A program made the translations under genes and the position numbers. A stretch of 64,000 nt of DNA from Chara braunii (Eukaryota; Plantae; Charophyceae), in NCBI GenBank assembly GCA_003427395.1, contig BFEA01000027.1, positions 4,603,630 to 4,667,629 on the forward strand. The letters are read 5' to 3'. Under the pieces are notes generated by a model. It worked only from the letters and a program-made list of their open reading frames with translations, made no database searches and was not told where the DNA came from. This document shows, piece by piece, positions 51,801 through 64,000 of this stretch; position 1 is the first letter of the stretch, and every line of letters begins with the position of its first letter.

Positions 51801-54200
51801 GAAGGATGCTTAAATCCAGGAGAGATGACACATCGTCATCGCGAGTCGCTAGCTCGGCACTACAACGAGCTTTGCAAATGGCGCGACACGTCGGAAGTCT
51901 CAGAGGGGAAGGACTAGATGTTGCGGTCTGTTGTGGGGCAGACGGTACCTCGACAAACGACGGGGCATAGGGAACTGCGTCTGTCGTGTCTTGAGGATCC
52001 TCTGGTGGGGTAGCCAAAGGGGCAAATCGCGACTTGGTGGTTGGGAAACCAGTTACGTGCGAGGCCTCAGCGATACACTGCACCGTGGCTAACTGAGTGG
52101 GGCTGGCCGGGCGGGGCCGGGGGTGGACTGAGATTGGTGCTGACGAGAAATGTCATCGTAGTGCCGATCGAGGGTGGCATGGTATGGACACTGTGAGGAG
52201 GTGTGTCCATCTTGGCGGCAACGAAGGCAGCCGCGACGGGCCTCGAGGGCGGCGCGCTCCTCAGGAGATAGAGCTCCGTGAGGAGGAACAAAACCCTGCG
52301 GGAGGTCGATCTGAGGAACCGTGATCGTGCAGGCGCCAGCCTGTACAACCCAAGTGCGTGCACGACCCATGGCGGACATGACCATTTGCAGGCGCTCGGC
52401 CACCGGAATATTATCATCATCCAAGTGATACTGGATGACGTCTCGGAGCTCGATGTCCTCGAGGGCGTCCCCAAGGGTAGGGTCAAGCTCGGCCGAGGCG
52501 TCCTCGCCGTACTCTAGAGAACTGTAGCACCGAGAGAATGGCGCTCCAGGTCGAGCTGGTCGGCGAAAGCGGCCGGCGAAGGAGGATCGACCACTCGTGG
52601 TGCTGCGTGACTGGGTGACGTTGGCAATGAATTGTGAAGAAGATGGGGTGACGGAGAAACGACTTCGCGTTTTCTGGTACTGTCGAGCAACCTCGTAGGC
52701 CTGCTCGGAGGAGGCGAACCTCTGTCACCAGAGCTCGATGCGGTAGTCAGTCAGGAGATTGACTACGAACCTGTTGGTAAAAAAACATTCAGGTAGGAGT
52801 GTCTCAGCGCCAATGAGGCGGGCGTCCTGAAACACTCTAATGTGACGCTCAAAATTAGCTCGTGTGGAGGACCTGCGCCACTTCGTCTGGGTGACCCGAT
52901 CTAAGGCGTCAGTCGCATCGTGGAGAGTGCCGTAGCGGTCATGGAGGAACGCGGTGAAATCCACGATAGTGGGATCCTCACCTGAGCGGGTACGATGAGA
53001 ATAATAGTTCTCCCGTGCGGAGAAAGCGCTGCCTCGCAATTTTGTTGCGAGCGCGGAGCACCACAACTCCTGACGAGTGTCAATTAGTGTCAGCGCTAGT
53101 ATGGCAGCCTGCAACCAGTGCGACACATGCATAGTACCATCGAAGTCGGGTATGTTCGACAGACGCACAAGGGTGGGACCGCTGTGCTGGCGGCAAGGGG
53201 AGAGAGGTCGAGGGGCCTGCACTGCGGCAGCAATTGTCGAGGCCGGTGCAGACGTGGAAGTGGTAGCAGGCTGAGAGTCGGGGCTGCTAGTGGACGGTCC
53301 AACAGACATGGAGGCAACAACCGCAGTCAACTGTGGCGAAGAAGTGAGGTAGTAGGGTAAAGGGAGGGGAGCCGGTCAAGGGAAACGGTGGCCTGTAGGG
53401 TAGCCGCTCGCTGGATGCGCGGGGTCGGAGGTGGAGGAGGCGGAGAGAGTACCCTAGTGGGAGGAGGAAGAACTCCGGACTATAGTGTCGCGACCAGTGC
53501 AGGAAGCTGGGAAGCAGCACCGGGGTGGGTAGAGGAAACTGCCTGGCCAGATACCGGTATCTGGGCGATAGTACCTGCGGCAGTGACCGAAGCGGCAGGG
53601 GCGGCGGGGGCCAATAGATGTGCCGCAACAAACGGTATGGTCTGAGCGGCAGCAACACTCACCACTGCGGAGGGGGAGTGCTGGACCTGGCCCGTGAAGG
53701 AGGACGAACCGCCACGTCTCCGTCCCTGGAGTGGTGGAGAGTCGGACTCCGAGCCGGTAGGGGATGGGGTCTGAGAGCGGTGGGGAGAGCGATGAGGAAA
53801 TCCCTTGAGGCGGTGAACTTCAAGGGCGAGCGCATTGACTTGCCTCTCCAAGGGTGCAAGCGCATCGAGTCACTCTTGCAGAGGTGCAAGGAGAGATGCA
53901 AAAACAGCGCGAAGGTCCGTGGGGTCCACAACGTGCTGACCCTGGACCGTAGGGTGGGTGGACACCTGAGAGGTGGATGGCGCCGCGACAATCTTCTCAG
54001 TTGTAACCCTGTCCATGGGCGGTGGAGGAAGAGAGGTCGACATGGTGGGAGGTGGGGGGAGAGATGGGTTGTGGTATGGATGTAGGGGACCACCGGTGAG
54101 AGGGAGGGGACCGCGAAAATGGAGTGGGTAGTCGTGTGTCGGCTCGCCCCGTGACCAGTGGGTCGCCCGTGAGACGGTGGCACGAATCCGATCAAGGGGA
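48880..54200 (-). mobile_element. Degenerate Ty3/Gypsy LTR retrotransposon internal region (gag-CCHC-PR-RT-RNaseH-IN Zn finger), 3'-truncated; no LTRs found
   Basis: gag (IPDFDG...W) 52725-53330; knuckle CLRCRQDGHTSSQC ~52190-52230; protease LWDSAS ~51630; [37 protein letters not shown] 50230-50900; RNaseH DASNFAV, IAFYSRQL; H2C2 FHD...HMG...CPTC. In-frame stops and frameshifts are present. Confidence 0.95.
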
Positions 54201-54263
54201 GAGGAGTCGTTCGGGTGCAGGGTGCCCGACAGGAGGAGGCGGGGGAGTAGGGGGGGTTAGGAG

Positions 54264-54300
54264 AACCCTAAACCCTAGAGAAACCCTAAGAAAACCCTAA
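54264..54300. repeat. Cluster of telomere-like / telo-box (A)AACCCTA motifs
   Basis: aaccctaaaccctagagaaaccctaagaaaaccctaa. Confidence 0.6.
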
Positions 54301-55175
54301 CCGGGGTTCGGGTGGTTAGGGGAGGGTAGCGGTGACCTAATCAAAAAAAATGTGCAAGGAGGAAGGAGAGATTAAGAGAAACACACTAAGTTTTACAATG
54401 CCGCAAATGATAATTTCAGAAAAATAAATAACTAAATAAGTATAGAAAATAAATAAATAAATAAATAAGTATAGAGCGGGGTGAAGAGAAACTAAGTGTT
54501 GATTTTTTTCAAAACTTTTGGCAGCATTTCGTTACCCCCATGGGTTCGAAGTGTGGCGTCAAGAAGAAAGACTAAGTGAAATTATAAAAATTTTGCCAGC
54601 ACTTCGCTACCCCCAAGGGGTCAAAATGTGCTGAAAGACTAAGTAAAAGAAAAAACAGAAAATTTCGACAGCACTTCGTTACTCCCACGGGGTCAAAATG
54701 TGTGCCGAAAGCAAGAATAACTAATCTCCTAATCAGATTTGAGGGTGCCGCAAAGAAATTCAAATTTTCAAAAAAAATAGAAAAATAAAATGAAATAAAT
54801 CAGAAAATGAGAAAAGAAGATGGGAAATAAGATAATTCGAAGTTTTGGAAAAATGAGGAAATATAAATCAAAAGAAAGATAAAAAGAAGAAAAACAGAAA
54901 ATTTTCGAAGTTGGTGGGGAGGGGGGATGAAAAAGTAAAAAGAAAAGAGAGAAATAGGTGGGAAAGAGAAAAAAAGTGAAGGGGGGAGATAGGGGAAATG
55001 AGGGGGAAGAGGGAGAGGAGGGTGGTAGAATGAGAGAGGAGGATACAGAAAAGGTGGAGAGAAGTATATGAGATTGGTAAAATATGGTGAGTGGGGAGGA
55101 GAGGAGAGAAAAAGGTTGTGGAAGATGAGTGAAGAGGGAGGTAGGAGGAGAGAGTAGTGGTAGGGTTAAAAAATA

Positions 55176-58038
55176 CGATTAGATGATGGGGGGGGAAGAA
55201 AAAAGAGGTTGGGGAAGAGTGGGTTAGTGGTAGGATGGTGATACCAAGCTCTTGCGTGACCAAGAGCAGAGCACTACCAGGATCCCCAGGATCTTGGCCT
55301 TCAAGCTATTGCTGGCCTGATGCCACTGCAATAAAAAAATCTGGGGTGGGCTGAGATCTTGATCAGCCACCCAGACGTCACTGCAGTGCAGCCCCCTAGC
55401 CAGGGAGGTCTTCAAGATCCACAACAAGCTGCCACGTGGCACTGCAGAGAGGCAGCATGTACGCAGGCGGCAGCACCCACCACCCGCTGCCGGGGGGGGG
55501 GCAAATAGTTGTCTTCCCGCACGGTGCTCACCGCTCACCGACGGGGGGGGAGGAGGGGGGGGATGGGCAAATAGCTGTTGTGCCAACTCTTCAACAACAA
55601 CAAGCCACAATATCAACTCATGCTGTGGCTTTGGCCAGTGTGTTAAGGCATTGGCCATGCACGCACATGAGCAGCAGCTGCCTAAGTTCAAACCCTGGCA
55701 GCTGCAGCAGCCCGGATCTTGATAATAATAATCCGGGAGCGGGCCGGGGCGGCGCAACGGGGCAGCGTGGGCGCGTGGCGTGCGCGCGCGTGCGGTGGCC
55801 TTGGCCTGGAAAATCCTGCCATCGAGATTACACCGATTTCTCCCTATTACGGGAGGGTGGGCGGGTTGGAGCGGGGACTGTTGCTGGACCCGCCGGGATG
55901 GCGGTCCGTCAAGATGGAGAAAAAGGGTTGACGAAGGAGGAGGTAGAGATGGAGCTGGAAGGGATAGCACAGCTCCGTCGTAGACTCAACACGCACATAC
56001 TCCAAGATGTGCAAAAGTGAATGAAGAATAATGAAAAACAGACTGCAGTTGGGGTATACCCCCTGCGGACTGACTGAACTGGACTGAAACAGTACACGGC
56101 TTGTGGTGTCAGAAAATATGATTAGATAATGCGGGGGGAAGAGAAAAGAGGTTGGGGGAGAGTGGGTTAGTGGTAGGATGGTGATACCAAGCTCTTGCGT
56201 GACCAAGAGCAGAGCACTACCAAGATCCCCAGNNNNNNNNNNNNNNNNNNNNNNNNNNNNNNNNNNNNNNNNNNNNNNNNNNNNNNNNNNNNNNNNNNNN
56301 NNNNNNNNNNNNNNNNNNNNNNNNNNNNNNNNNNNNNNNNNNNNNNNNNNNNNNNNNNNNNNNNNNNNNNNNNNNNNNNNNNNNNNNNNNNNNNNNNNNN
56401 NNNNNNNNNNNNNNNNNNNNNNNNNNNNNNNNNNNNNNNNNNNNNNNNNNNNNNNNNNNNNNNNNNNNNNNNNNNNNNNNNNNNNNNNNNNNNNNNNNNN
56501 NNNNNNNNNNNNNNNNNNNNNNNNNNNNNNNNNNNNNNNNNNNNNNNNNNNNNNNNNNNNNNNNNNNNNNNNNNNNNNNNNNNNNNNNNNNNNNNNNNNN
56601 NNNNNNNNNNNNNNNNNNNNNNNNNNNNNNNNNNNNNNNNNNNNNNNNNNNNNNNNNNNNNNNNNNNNNNNNNNNNNNNNNNNNNNNNNNNNNNNNNNNN
56701 NNNNNNNNNNNNNNNNNNNNNNNNNNNNNNNNNNNNNNNNNNNNNNNNNNNNNNNNNNNNNNNNNNNNNNNNNNNNNNNNNNNNNNNNNNNNNNNNNNNN
56801 NNNNNNNNNNNNNNNNNNNNNNNNNNNNNNNNNNNNNNNNNNNNNNNNNNNNNNNNNNNNNNNNNNNNNNNNNNNNNNNNNNNNNNNNNNNNNNNNNNNN
56901 NNNNNNNNNNNNNNNNNNNNNNNNNNNNNNNNNNNNNNNNNNNNNNNNNNNNNNNNNNNNNNNNNNNNNNNNNNNNNNNNNNNNNNNNNNNNNNNNNNNN
57001 NNNNNNNNNNNNNNNNNNNNNNNNNNNNNNNNNNNNNNNNNNNNNNNNNNNNNNNNNNNNNNNNNNNNNNNNNNNNNNNNNNNNNNNNNNNNNNNNNNNN
57101 NNNNNNNNNNNNNNNNNNNNNNNNNNNNNNNNNNNNNNNNNNNNNNNTGGGGGAGAGTGGGTTAGTGGTAGGATGGTGATACCAAGCTCTTGCGTGACCA
57201 AGAGCAGAGCACTACCAAGATCCCCAGGATCTTGGCCTTCAATCTATTGTTGGCCTGATGCCACTGCAATAAAAAAATCAGGGGTGGGCTGGGATCTTGA
57301 TCAGCCACCCAGACGTCACTGTAGTGCAGCCCCCTAGCCATGGGGGTCTTCGAGATCCACAGCAAGCTGCCACGTGGCACTGCGGAGAGGCAGCACGTGC
57401 GCAGGCGGCAGCACCCACCACCCGCTGCCGGGGGGGGGGCAAATAGTTGTCTTCCCGCACGCTGCTCGCCGCTCACCGACGGGGGGGAAGGAGGGGGGGG
57501 ACGGGCAAATAGCTGTTGTGCCAACTCTTCAACAACAACGAGCCACAGTATNAACTCATACTGTGGCATTGGCCATGCACGCACATGAGCAGCAGCTGCC
57601 CAAGTTCAAACCTTGCCAGCTGCAGCTTCCTGGATCTTGATAATAATAATCCGGGAGCGGGTCGGGGCGGGGCAGCGGGGTAGCGTGGGCGCGTGGCGCG
57701 CGTGCGCGTGCGGCGGCCTTGGCCTGGAAAATCCCGCCATCGGGATTACCCCGATTTCTCCCTGTTACAGGAGGGTGGGCGGGTTGGAGCGGGGACCGTC
57801 GCTGGACCCGCCGGGATGGTGGCCGGTCAAGATGGAGAAGAAGGGTTGACGAAGGAGGAGGTAGAGATGGAGCTGGAAGGGACAGCGCAACTCCGACGCA
57901 GACTCAACACGCACGTACTCCAAGATGTGCAAAAGTGAATGAAAAATAATGAAAAACAGACTGCAGTTGGGGTATACCCCCAGCGGACTAACTGGACTGG
58001 ACTGGACTGGACTGAACAGTACACGGCCTGTGGTGTCA
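55176..58038. repeat. ~943-bp GC-rich tandem repeat; 2 sequenced copies plus the start of a middle copy that runs into the gap
   Basis: gagtgggttagtggtaggatggtgataccaagctcttgcg recurs near 55217, 56160 and 57155; copies are similar but not identical. Confidence 0.9.
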
Positions 58039-58990
58039 GGCCACGGCCTGGTCCCACAGGCCGAACTGGCAAATACTAGCCCAATAGGCCCTGGCTGTAG
58101 GCCAGGGCAGATAAAGGCCCGCTGTAACTGGTGTTTTTTTCGAGATTAAAGAAAAAGGAAAATTATGGGTGTGGTTAAAGAAAGAGGGAAGGGAGCTACC
58201 TTGGGGGCAGCTTCGGGTGAAGGAGGTTGGTAATCAGTTGGTCTAAGCGATAAGTTGGTGGATTTCGCTCTTAGGAATGTTTTTTTTCGAAGCATGAGGG
58301 GAGATCCTTGAACAAAACAAGGGCATCCCTATGGGGGGTCAAGCAATCCCAGCGCTCTCTTGCCTTGCGTACATGACAATCGTTTCCTGGCGAGCTTGGG
58401 AAATGATGCTTGTTTGGAAAACGTTTTGTGGATAATTTGCTGCTAATTGGCTTTTTCAAGCAAGAGGAGAAAAAAGCTGAAGAAGTAATGGTGTGTGCAA
58501 CATGGGAGCCCTCCCTAACTGTCCGTCTTGGGGGTTGGATATAAACAAAAAGAAGAGAAGACTGGTGTGTGCAACAGGGGAGCCACCAAAAGATGGGAAA
58601 AGTGCAAGCACTTGGGCCATCGTGGACTGTGCCAGGAGTCTGGGCTATTGTTTGACGAAAAGGCCTCGATGTTTAGGCCCTGTCCTGTGTTGGCTCTACA
58701 CCTGTTTTGACCTCTTAGCTGCAGCGGAGTCATTTATAGTCCTCGATCTCATCGAAACTATTACTGTAGTAGAAGATGCCGGGCCAGAGGCCAAGAATAA
58801 GAGGGTAAGAGAGAGAAAGAGAGAGAATTAGCGATGTTCTCTTTTTTGCCCCCTCCGCTTTCAAAAGGGCGGCGTTTAAGACTCCTAACGTTTGTTAGGA
58901 ACAGACATTCATTTACATTACTCTGAAGCGAGCAGTGGAAGACAAGACAACGTCAAACCTCGTCAACGATGAGCGCACGGCTAGGAGTTC

Positions 58991-58992
<2 letters not shown>

Positions 58993-59042
<50 letters not shown>

Positions 59043-59082
59043 AAGAATTAACCAAGTCTCCCGAACACGTCTCGAACATAAG

Positions 59083-59118
<36 letters not shown>

Positions 59119-59159
59119 AAGAATTAACCAAGTCTCCCGAACACGTCTCGAACATAAGC

Positions 59160-59220
<61 letters not shown>

Positions 59221-59375
59221 AAGAATTAACCAAGTCTCCCGAACACGTCTCGAACATAAGCGTAGAAGCTTTTGAGAGAGAGAGCAAGAATTAATTGTAA
59301 GAACATAAGCGTAGAAGCTTTTGAGAGAGAGAGCAAGAATTAATTGTAAGAACATAAGCGTAGAAGCTTTTGAGA
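58993..59375. repeat. Composite minisatellite: ~45-bp unit separated by variable (GA)n
   Basis: gcaagaattaaccaagtctcccgaacacgtctcgaacataagcg x3, followed by 2 shortened variant units. Confidence 0.9.
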
Positions 59376-59665
59376 TATCATCGTGGAACCGACCGGCCCC
59401 AGTAATTTACAATCATTTGATTTCATTCAGCTACGGTAGTTCCATGTGGTTTTGAACTCAGCCTGTGTGGTTTCGAACTCAGGTGGGCATTTCAACAGTT
59501 TGTGGGTGTGCCAATTGAGGGAGGCCCGTTGTTGAACCAGCCATATTCCGTGCTCTGCCTCTCGGCTTTCGCGAATGCGCGGGATCCATCTTCCTCTTGC
59601 CGATGCTATAGAGCCGACGACGGTTCAACATGCCATACACGGACGCAAGGGAGTGCACGCCCGCG

Positions 59666-59761
<96 letters not shown>

Positions 59762-60552
59762 AAAAGGGGAAACGAGCACACAGCCCCAGTGGTGATTCGA
59801 ACTCTCCGATGTGATCACACGGCATCGCGGTTTTTTTGAATTCTTGACGTCCGATGGATGGAGGGATAGCGTTGACGTGTGAAGGTAAGAGGCAACCCCG
59901 GATCGAACCTAGATGGCTCTGTATGGAGTTCGAATTGTTAATATAATTGTTAATGTACTGATCGTGAGTTCGAATGTTGAGGGAAGCAGGTCTGATGGAT
60001 ACACTGAAACAAAGGCCCACCTCTTTTGCGAAAAGAAAAAACGACAGGGGCTACAACCTTTTTGACAAGAACAATGAAAGAATGAAAGAATGAAAGAAGT
60101 GAAATAACAGCTCGTAATCCGGTGCCGACGCAACGTCCTCCGTGCATGGCCTACGGTCCGCTCCAGTCCCTTTTTTTTTTTTTTTTTTTTTTCGGTGTTC
60201 CTTTTTCTTTTTTTTTCCCCGAGTGTTCTTTTTTCTCCTTTGTTCTTTTTCTCTTTTCTTTTGAAATTTTGATGCCGGGTGCTTCTCGCGGATCCTGCAG
60301 GGCATCCAAGGGGGTTAGCCTTTCGCTTCCAATCCCAGTCCCGACTGCCGGACGACGCATTATCAGGGGGGTTGGGATAACAACGTCCCTCTCCCAGCGG
60401 TGGATGATGATGGCGTTAGCTCGAACGTCGGTGAAAATGAAGGTCGGGCAAAGACATGGATATGCAGGCCACTGTCGACGGATGAAGTACCATCATCATC
60501 ATCACCATGTCTGCCTGTCCCTCTCCCAGCGGATGAAGCACGATCACCATCA

Positions 60553-60610
<58 letters not shown>

Positions 60611-61049
60611 GCCACGCACATGCTGTGATCTGGACGAACGCTGCTTGGCAAACAGGCATTAGGGTGGGAATGTCTCTCCGGTGTTAACATGGACTGACGC
60701 GGGCTGGACAGGCCATTGTGAACTCTGCTTGGCCAACAGGCATTAGGGTGGGAATGTCCCTCCGGTTTTACATAGGATTTTTCGTTCTTAACAGGAGAAT
60801 CATATTGATCATGTAAAATAAAGACCGTAAAATAAAGACCAGCACGAAGTGTGGCAGGAGGGGAAATGGTCAGTAATCTTGCCGAACTGATGGAGAGCCG
60901 TGTGCTTGGAAATTTGCACGCACGGTTCAGAGAAAAGCTTAGTCAGATTACACGCACTGCTTACCCGATCAGCATAACTTTTCCACTCGCACGATGGAAT
61001 CGACCGCTCACTGCGTGCTCTTTACGACGAACTCTGTGTCGATATGATC

Positions 61050-61114
<65 letters not shown>

Positions 61115-62111
61115 NNNNNNNNNNNNNNNNNNNNNNNNNNNNNNNNNNNNNNNNNNNNNNNNNNNNNNNNNNNNNNNNNNNNNNNNNNNNNNNNNNNNNN
61201 NNNNNNNNNNNNNNNNNNNNNNNNNNNNNNNNNNNNNNNNNNNNNNNNNNNNNNNNNNNNNNNNNNNNNNNNNNNNNNNNNNNNNNNNNNNNNNNNNNNN
61301 NNNNNNNNNNNNNNNNNNNNNNNNNNNNNNNNNNNNNNNNNNNNNNNNNNNNNNNNNNNNNNNNNNNNNNNNNNNNNNNNNNNNNNNNNNNNNNNNNNNN
61401 NNNNNNNNNNNNNNNNNNNNNNNNNNNNNNNNNNNNNNNNNNNNNNNNNNNNNNNNNNNNNNNNNNNNNNNNNNNNNNNNNNNNNNNNNNNNNNNNNNNN
61501 NNNNNNNNNNNNNNNNNNNNNNNNNNNNNNNNNNNNNNNNNNNNNNNNNNNNNNNNNNNNNNNNNNNNNNNNNNNNNNNNNNNNNNNNNNNNNNNNNNNN
61601 NNNNNNNNNNNNNNNNNNNNNNNNNNNNNNNNNNNNNNNNNNNNNNNNNNNNNNNNNNNNNNNNNNNNNNNNNNNNNNNNNNNNNNNNNNNNNNNNNNNN
61701 NNNNNNNNNNNNNNNNNNNNNNNNNNNNNNNNNNNNNNNNNNNNNNNNNNNNNNNNNNNNNNNNNNNNNNNNNNNNNNNNNNNNNNNNNNNNNNNNNNNN
61801 NNNNNNNNNNNNNNNNNNNNNNNNNNNNNNNNNNNNNNNNNNNNNNNNNNNNNNNNNNNNNNNNNNNNNNNNNNNNNNNNNNNNNNNNNNNNNNNNNNNN
61901 NNNNNNNNNNNNNNNNNNNNNNNNNNNNNNNNNNNNNNNNNNNNNNNNNNNNNNNNNNNNNNNNNNNNNNNNNNNNNNNNNNNNNNNNNNNNNNNNNNNN
62001 NNNNNNNNNNNNNNNNNNNNNNNNNNNNNNNNNNNNNNNNNNNNNNNNNNNNNNNNNNNNNNNNNNNNNNNNNNNNNNNNNNNNNNNNNNNNNNNNNNNN
62101 NNNNNNNNNNN

Positions 62112-62198
<87 letters not shown>

Positions 62199-63100
62199 AT
62201 TACTAGCTGGTGGGGTAGTCGCGTAATTATTTAACCCTTTTAGTTCCATTTACTGCAACTCACGACGTCCTCTTGAATGCTGCCGGCGCCCCCCTCCCTC
62301 CCTTCTGAAGTTCAGACCGGCCGTTGGGTCCTAATGCCAAACACGAGTGTCAGTTTCCCTTTTAGTTCCTTCCTCACATCGGCTTCACGTGCACGGAATT
62401 TCTTGAGTTCATGGAGCATGTATGTTTTACTATGGTTATTGATTGATGACATGCTCGGAAGTAACCTGTCCATTGCTTGTCACTATCCTTGACACGAGTG
62501 TGCCCTCACATCAGCTTCAGTTCTAAGTCCCGCTTCGCTCCCATTCGGCTTCAGTTCCTTACCCGAGTGTGCCCTTTTTGTATATGGCGCAGAAATGCAG
62601 CCAGATGCTTTGGTGACGGGACCCAACTTTGAGGACTGAGCCCCTCTTCTCCAGACGGGCGGCGAGGGTTTATCCTTCTGACACGATCTTATAGTTTGGC
62701 TGAACAGTACCCCGAGCACAATGCACCCTCATCATGACTGTATGGGGATAGTGTAGTGGCAGAGAATGAAGCGGGCTGTTACGTCAGGATAAACCCTCGG
62801 CTACCGTCTTCCCCCGAACACAAGACACCCTGATCATGACTCTGTCGGATTTGAAAGATAGCTTGTTTACATTTATGATGACGGTGCGTTGTATTGGGGC
62901 GAAGACGGTGGTGCGGTGAGCGCGAAAGTGCCATCTGACGGATATTATCAAACGGTCGACTGTCTGTTTGAGCCATTTTAAAGAGCATTAACGGTGTATG
63001 TTGGGGTAATCTCCACTCCTCAGCATCCCACTTCAGCACGACGGGAGGAACTCATGATGATGATCCAGAAGTGGGTAGTGATGATGATGATGATGATGAT

Positions 63101-63131
<31 letters not shown>

Positions 63132-64000
63132 AGAAGAGTGATGATGATTATGATGGATTATGATTATGATGATTATGATTATGGTTTGATTGGGAATTCC
63201 GGTTTCCGCTGAAATATTGGGTATTCAATTTTTTTTTTCTTTTTTTCTTTTTTTTTTTCTTGTTTTGGGTGTTCAATTTTGGCTGGGCTGTTTTGAGAAG
63301 ATTCTGCAGGTGATCGGATTTGTATTCTTGAAAGCCCGTCTTCACCTTTTTTCTATAACGCCCAGTCATTATCAAAACGGTAGGGTAGTGGTTCTTCACC
63401 CTTTTCTGCTAAGGCTGAACCCGAAGAGTAGAATCAGTGAGGCCTGACCTTGACCCTAATACTGCATTTACCGTACGCCCGAGTGCGATCAGCACTTGGT
63501 CACCCTGATGAGGATGAGGATGATGATGATGATGAGCAGTAGGATGAGGAGGGGGGGATCTCTTTTCTCTCTTCTCTATCTCTGTGATAGTCCCACACGG
63601 ATGAGAGGCATCAGCACTTAAATCTTTGTGCGATAACGAGGATAATAATGGGGATAACAATAACGAGGATGGTAATCATGGTGATGATGAGGATGATAAC
63701 GAGGAGAATCTCCATGGTGCGTGTGTGCGTGTGTGTGTGCTAATGAGGGACTCTCCTGCACTTGTCAGAACTTAACCTGATGCGAACCGAGCTCACGTCT
63801 TGTTAGGTGATAACTGAGCGCACATGTTGTGGCGAATGACAGCATTTCACATATGAGAGGATTTTCCTAGACGAATGTATTTGAGAGCAGTTTAAACGAA
63901 TGTATTTGAGAGCAGTCTACAAATCCCTCCATAGTGTGAGCATGTCCTGAGATGGCTTATAAGGACCTCGCGGCCAAGTGGGATGGCGGCTGCGCTCACG

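Noticed and set aside
55236-55252. TGGTATCA on the minus strand as a tRNA-iMet primer binding site
   Set aside because: Only 8 nt match (continues CCAT, not GAGC) and it lies inside the tandem unit.
60851-62249. ORFs of 400+ aa spanning N runs (likewise at 7.8, 9.6, 27.2, 32.6 and 56.2 kb)
   Set aside because: Artefacts of translating gaps and (GA)n tracts.

Overview
Eukaryotic, repeat-rich, gapped plant or green-algal genomic DNA. The long introns, (GA/CT)n tracts at scaffold gaps and Ty3/Gypsy decay are consistent with a streptophyte such as a charophyte alga; the taxon is an inference. About 2.1-36.1 kb is one minus-strand, 16-exon (within the window) gene for a plant-type TBC/Rab-GAP protein with a C-terminal coiled coil. 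All its splice phases join in frame, and its 3' end probably lies left of the window. Nested in its 4th intron is an intact, intronless 302-aa ORF that reads as a Josephin/ataxin-3-like cysteine deubiquitinase domain fused to two tandem RING-like zinc fingers; it has a TATA/Y-patch upstream, an A-rich tail and an adjacent 200-bp foldback. The right half holds a Nextera mate-pair junction adapter (assembly artefact), a diverged 25S/28S rRNA fragment, an array of nine 35-bp imperfect palindromes with mostly unique spacers, a 3'-truncated degenerate Ty3/Gypsy element, a ~943-bp tandem repeat and many microsatellites. All homology calls are by eye and from memory of the families; no searches were run.
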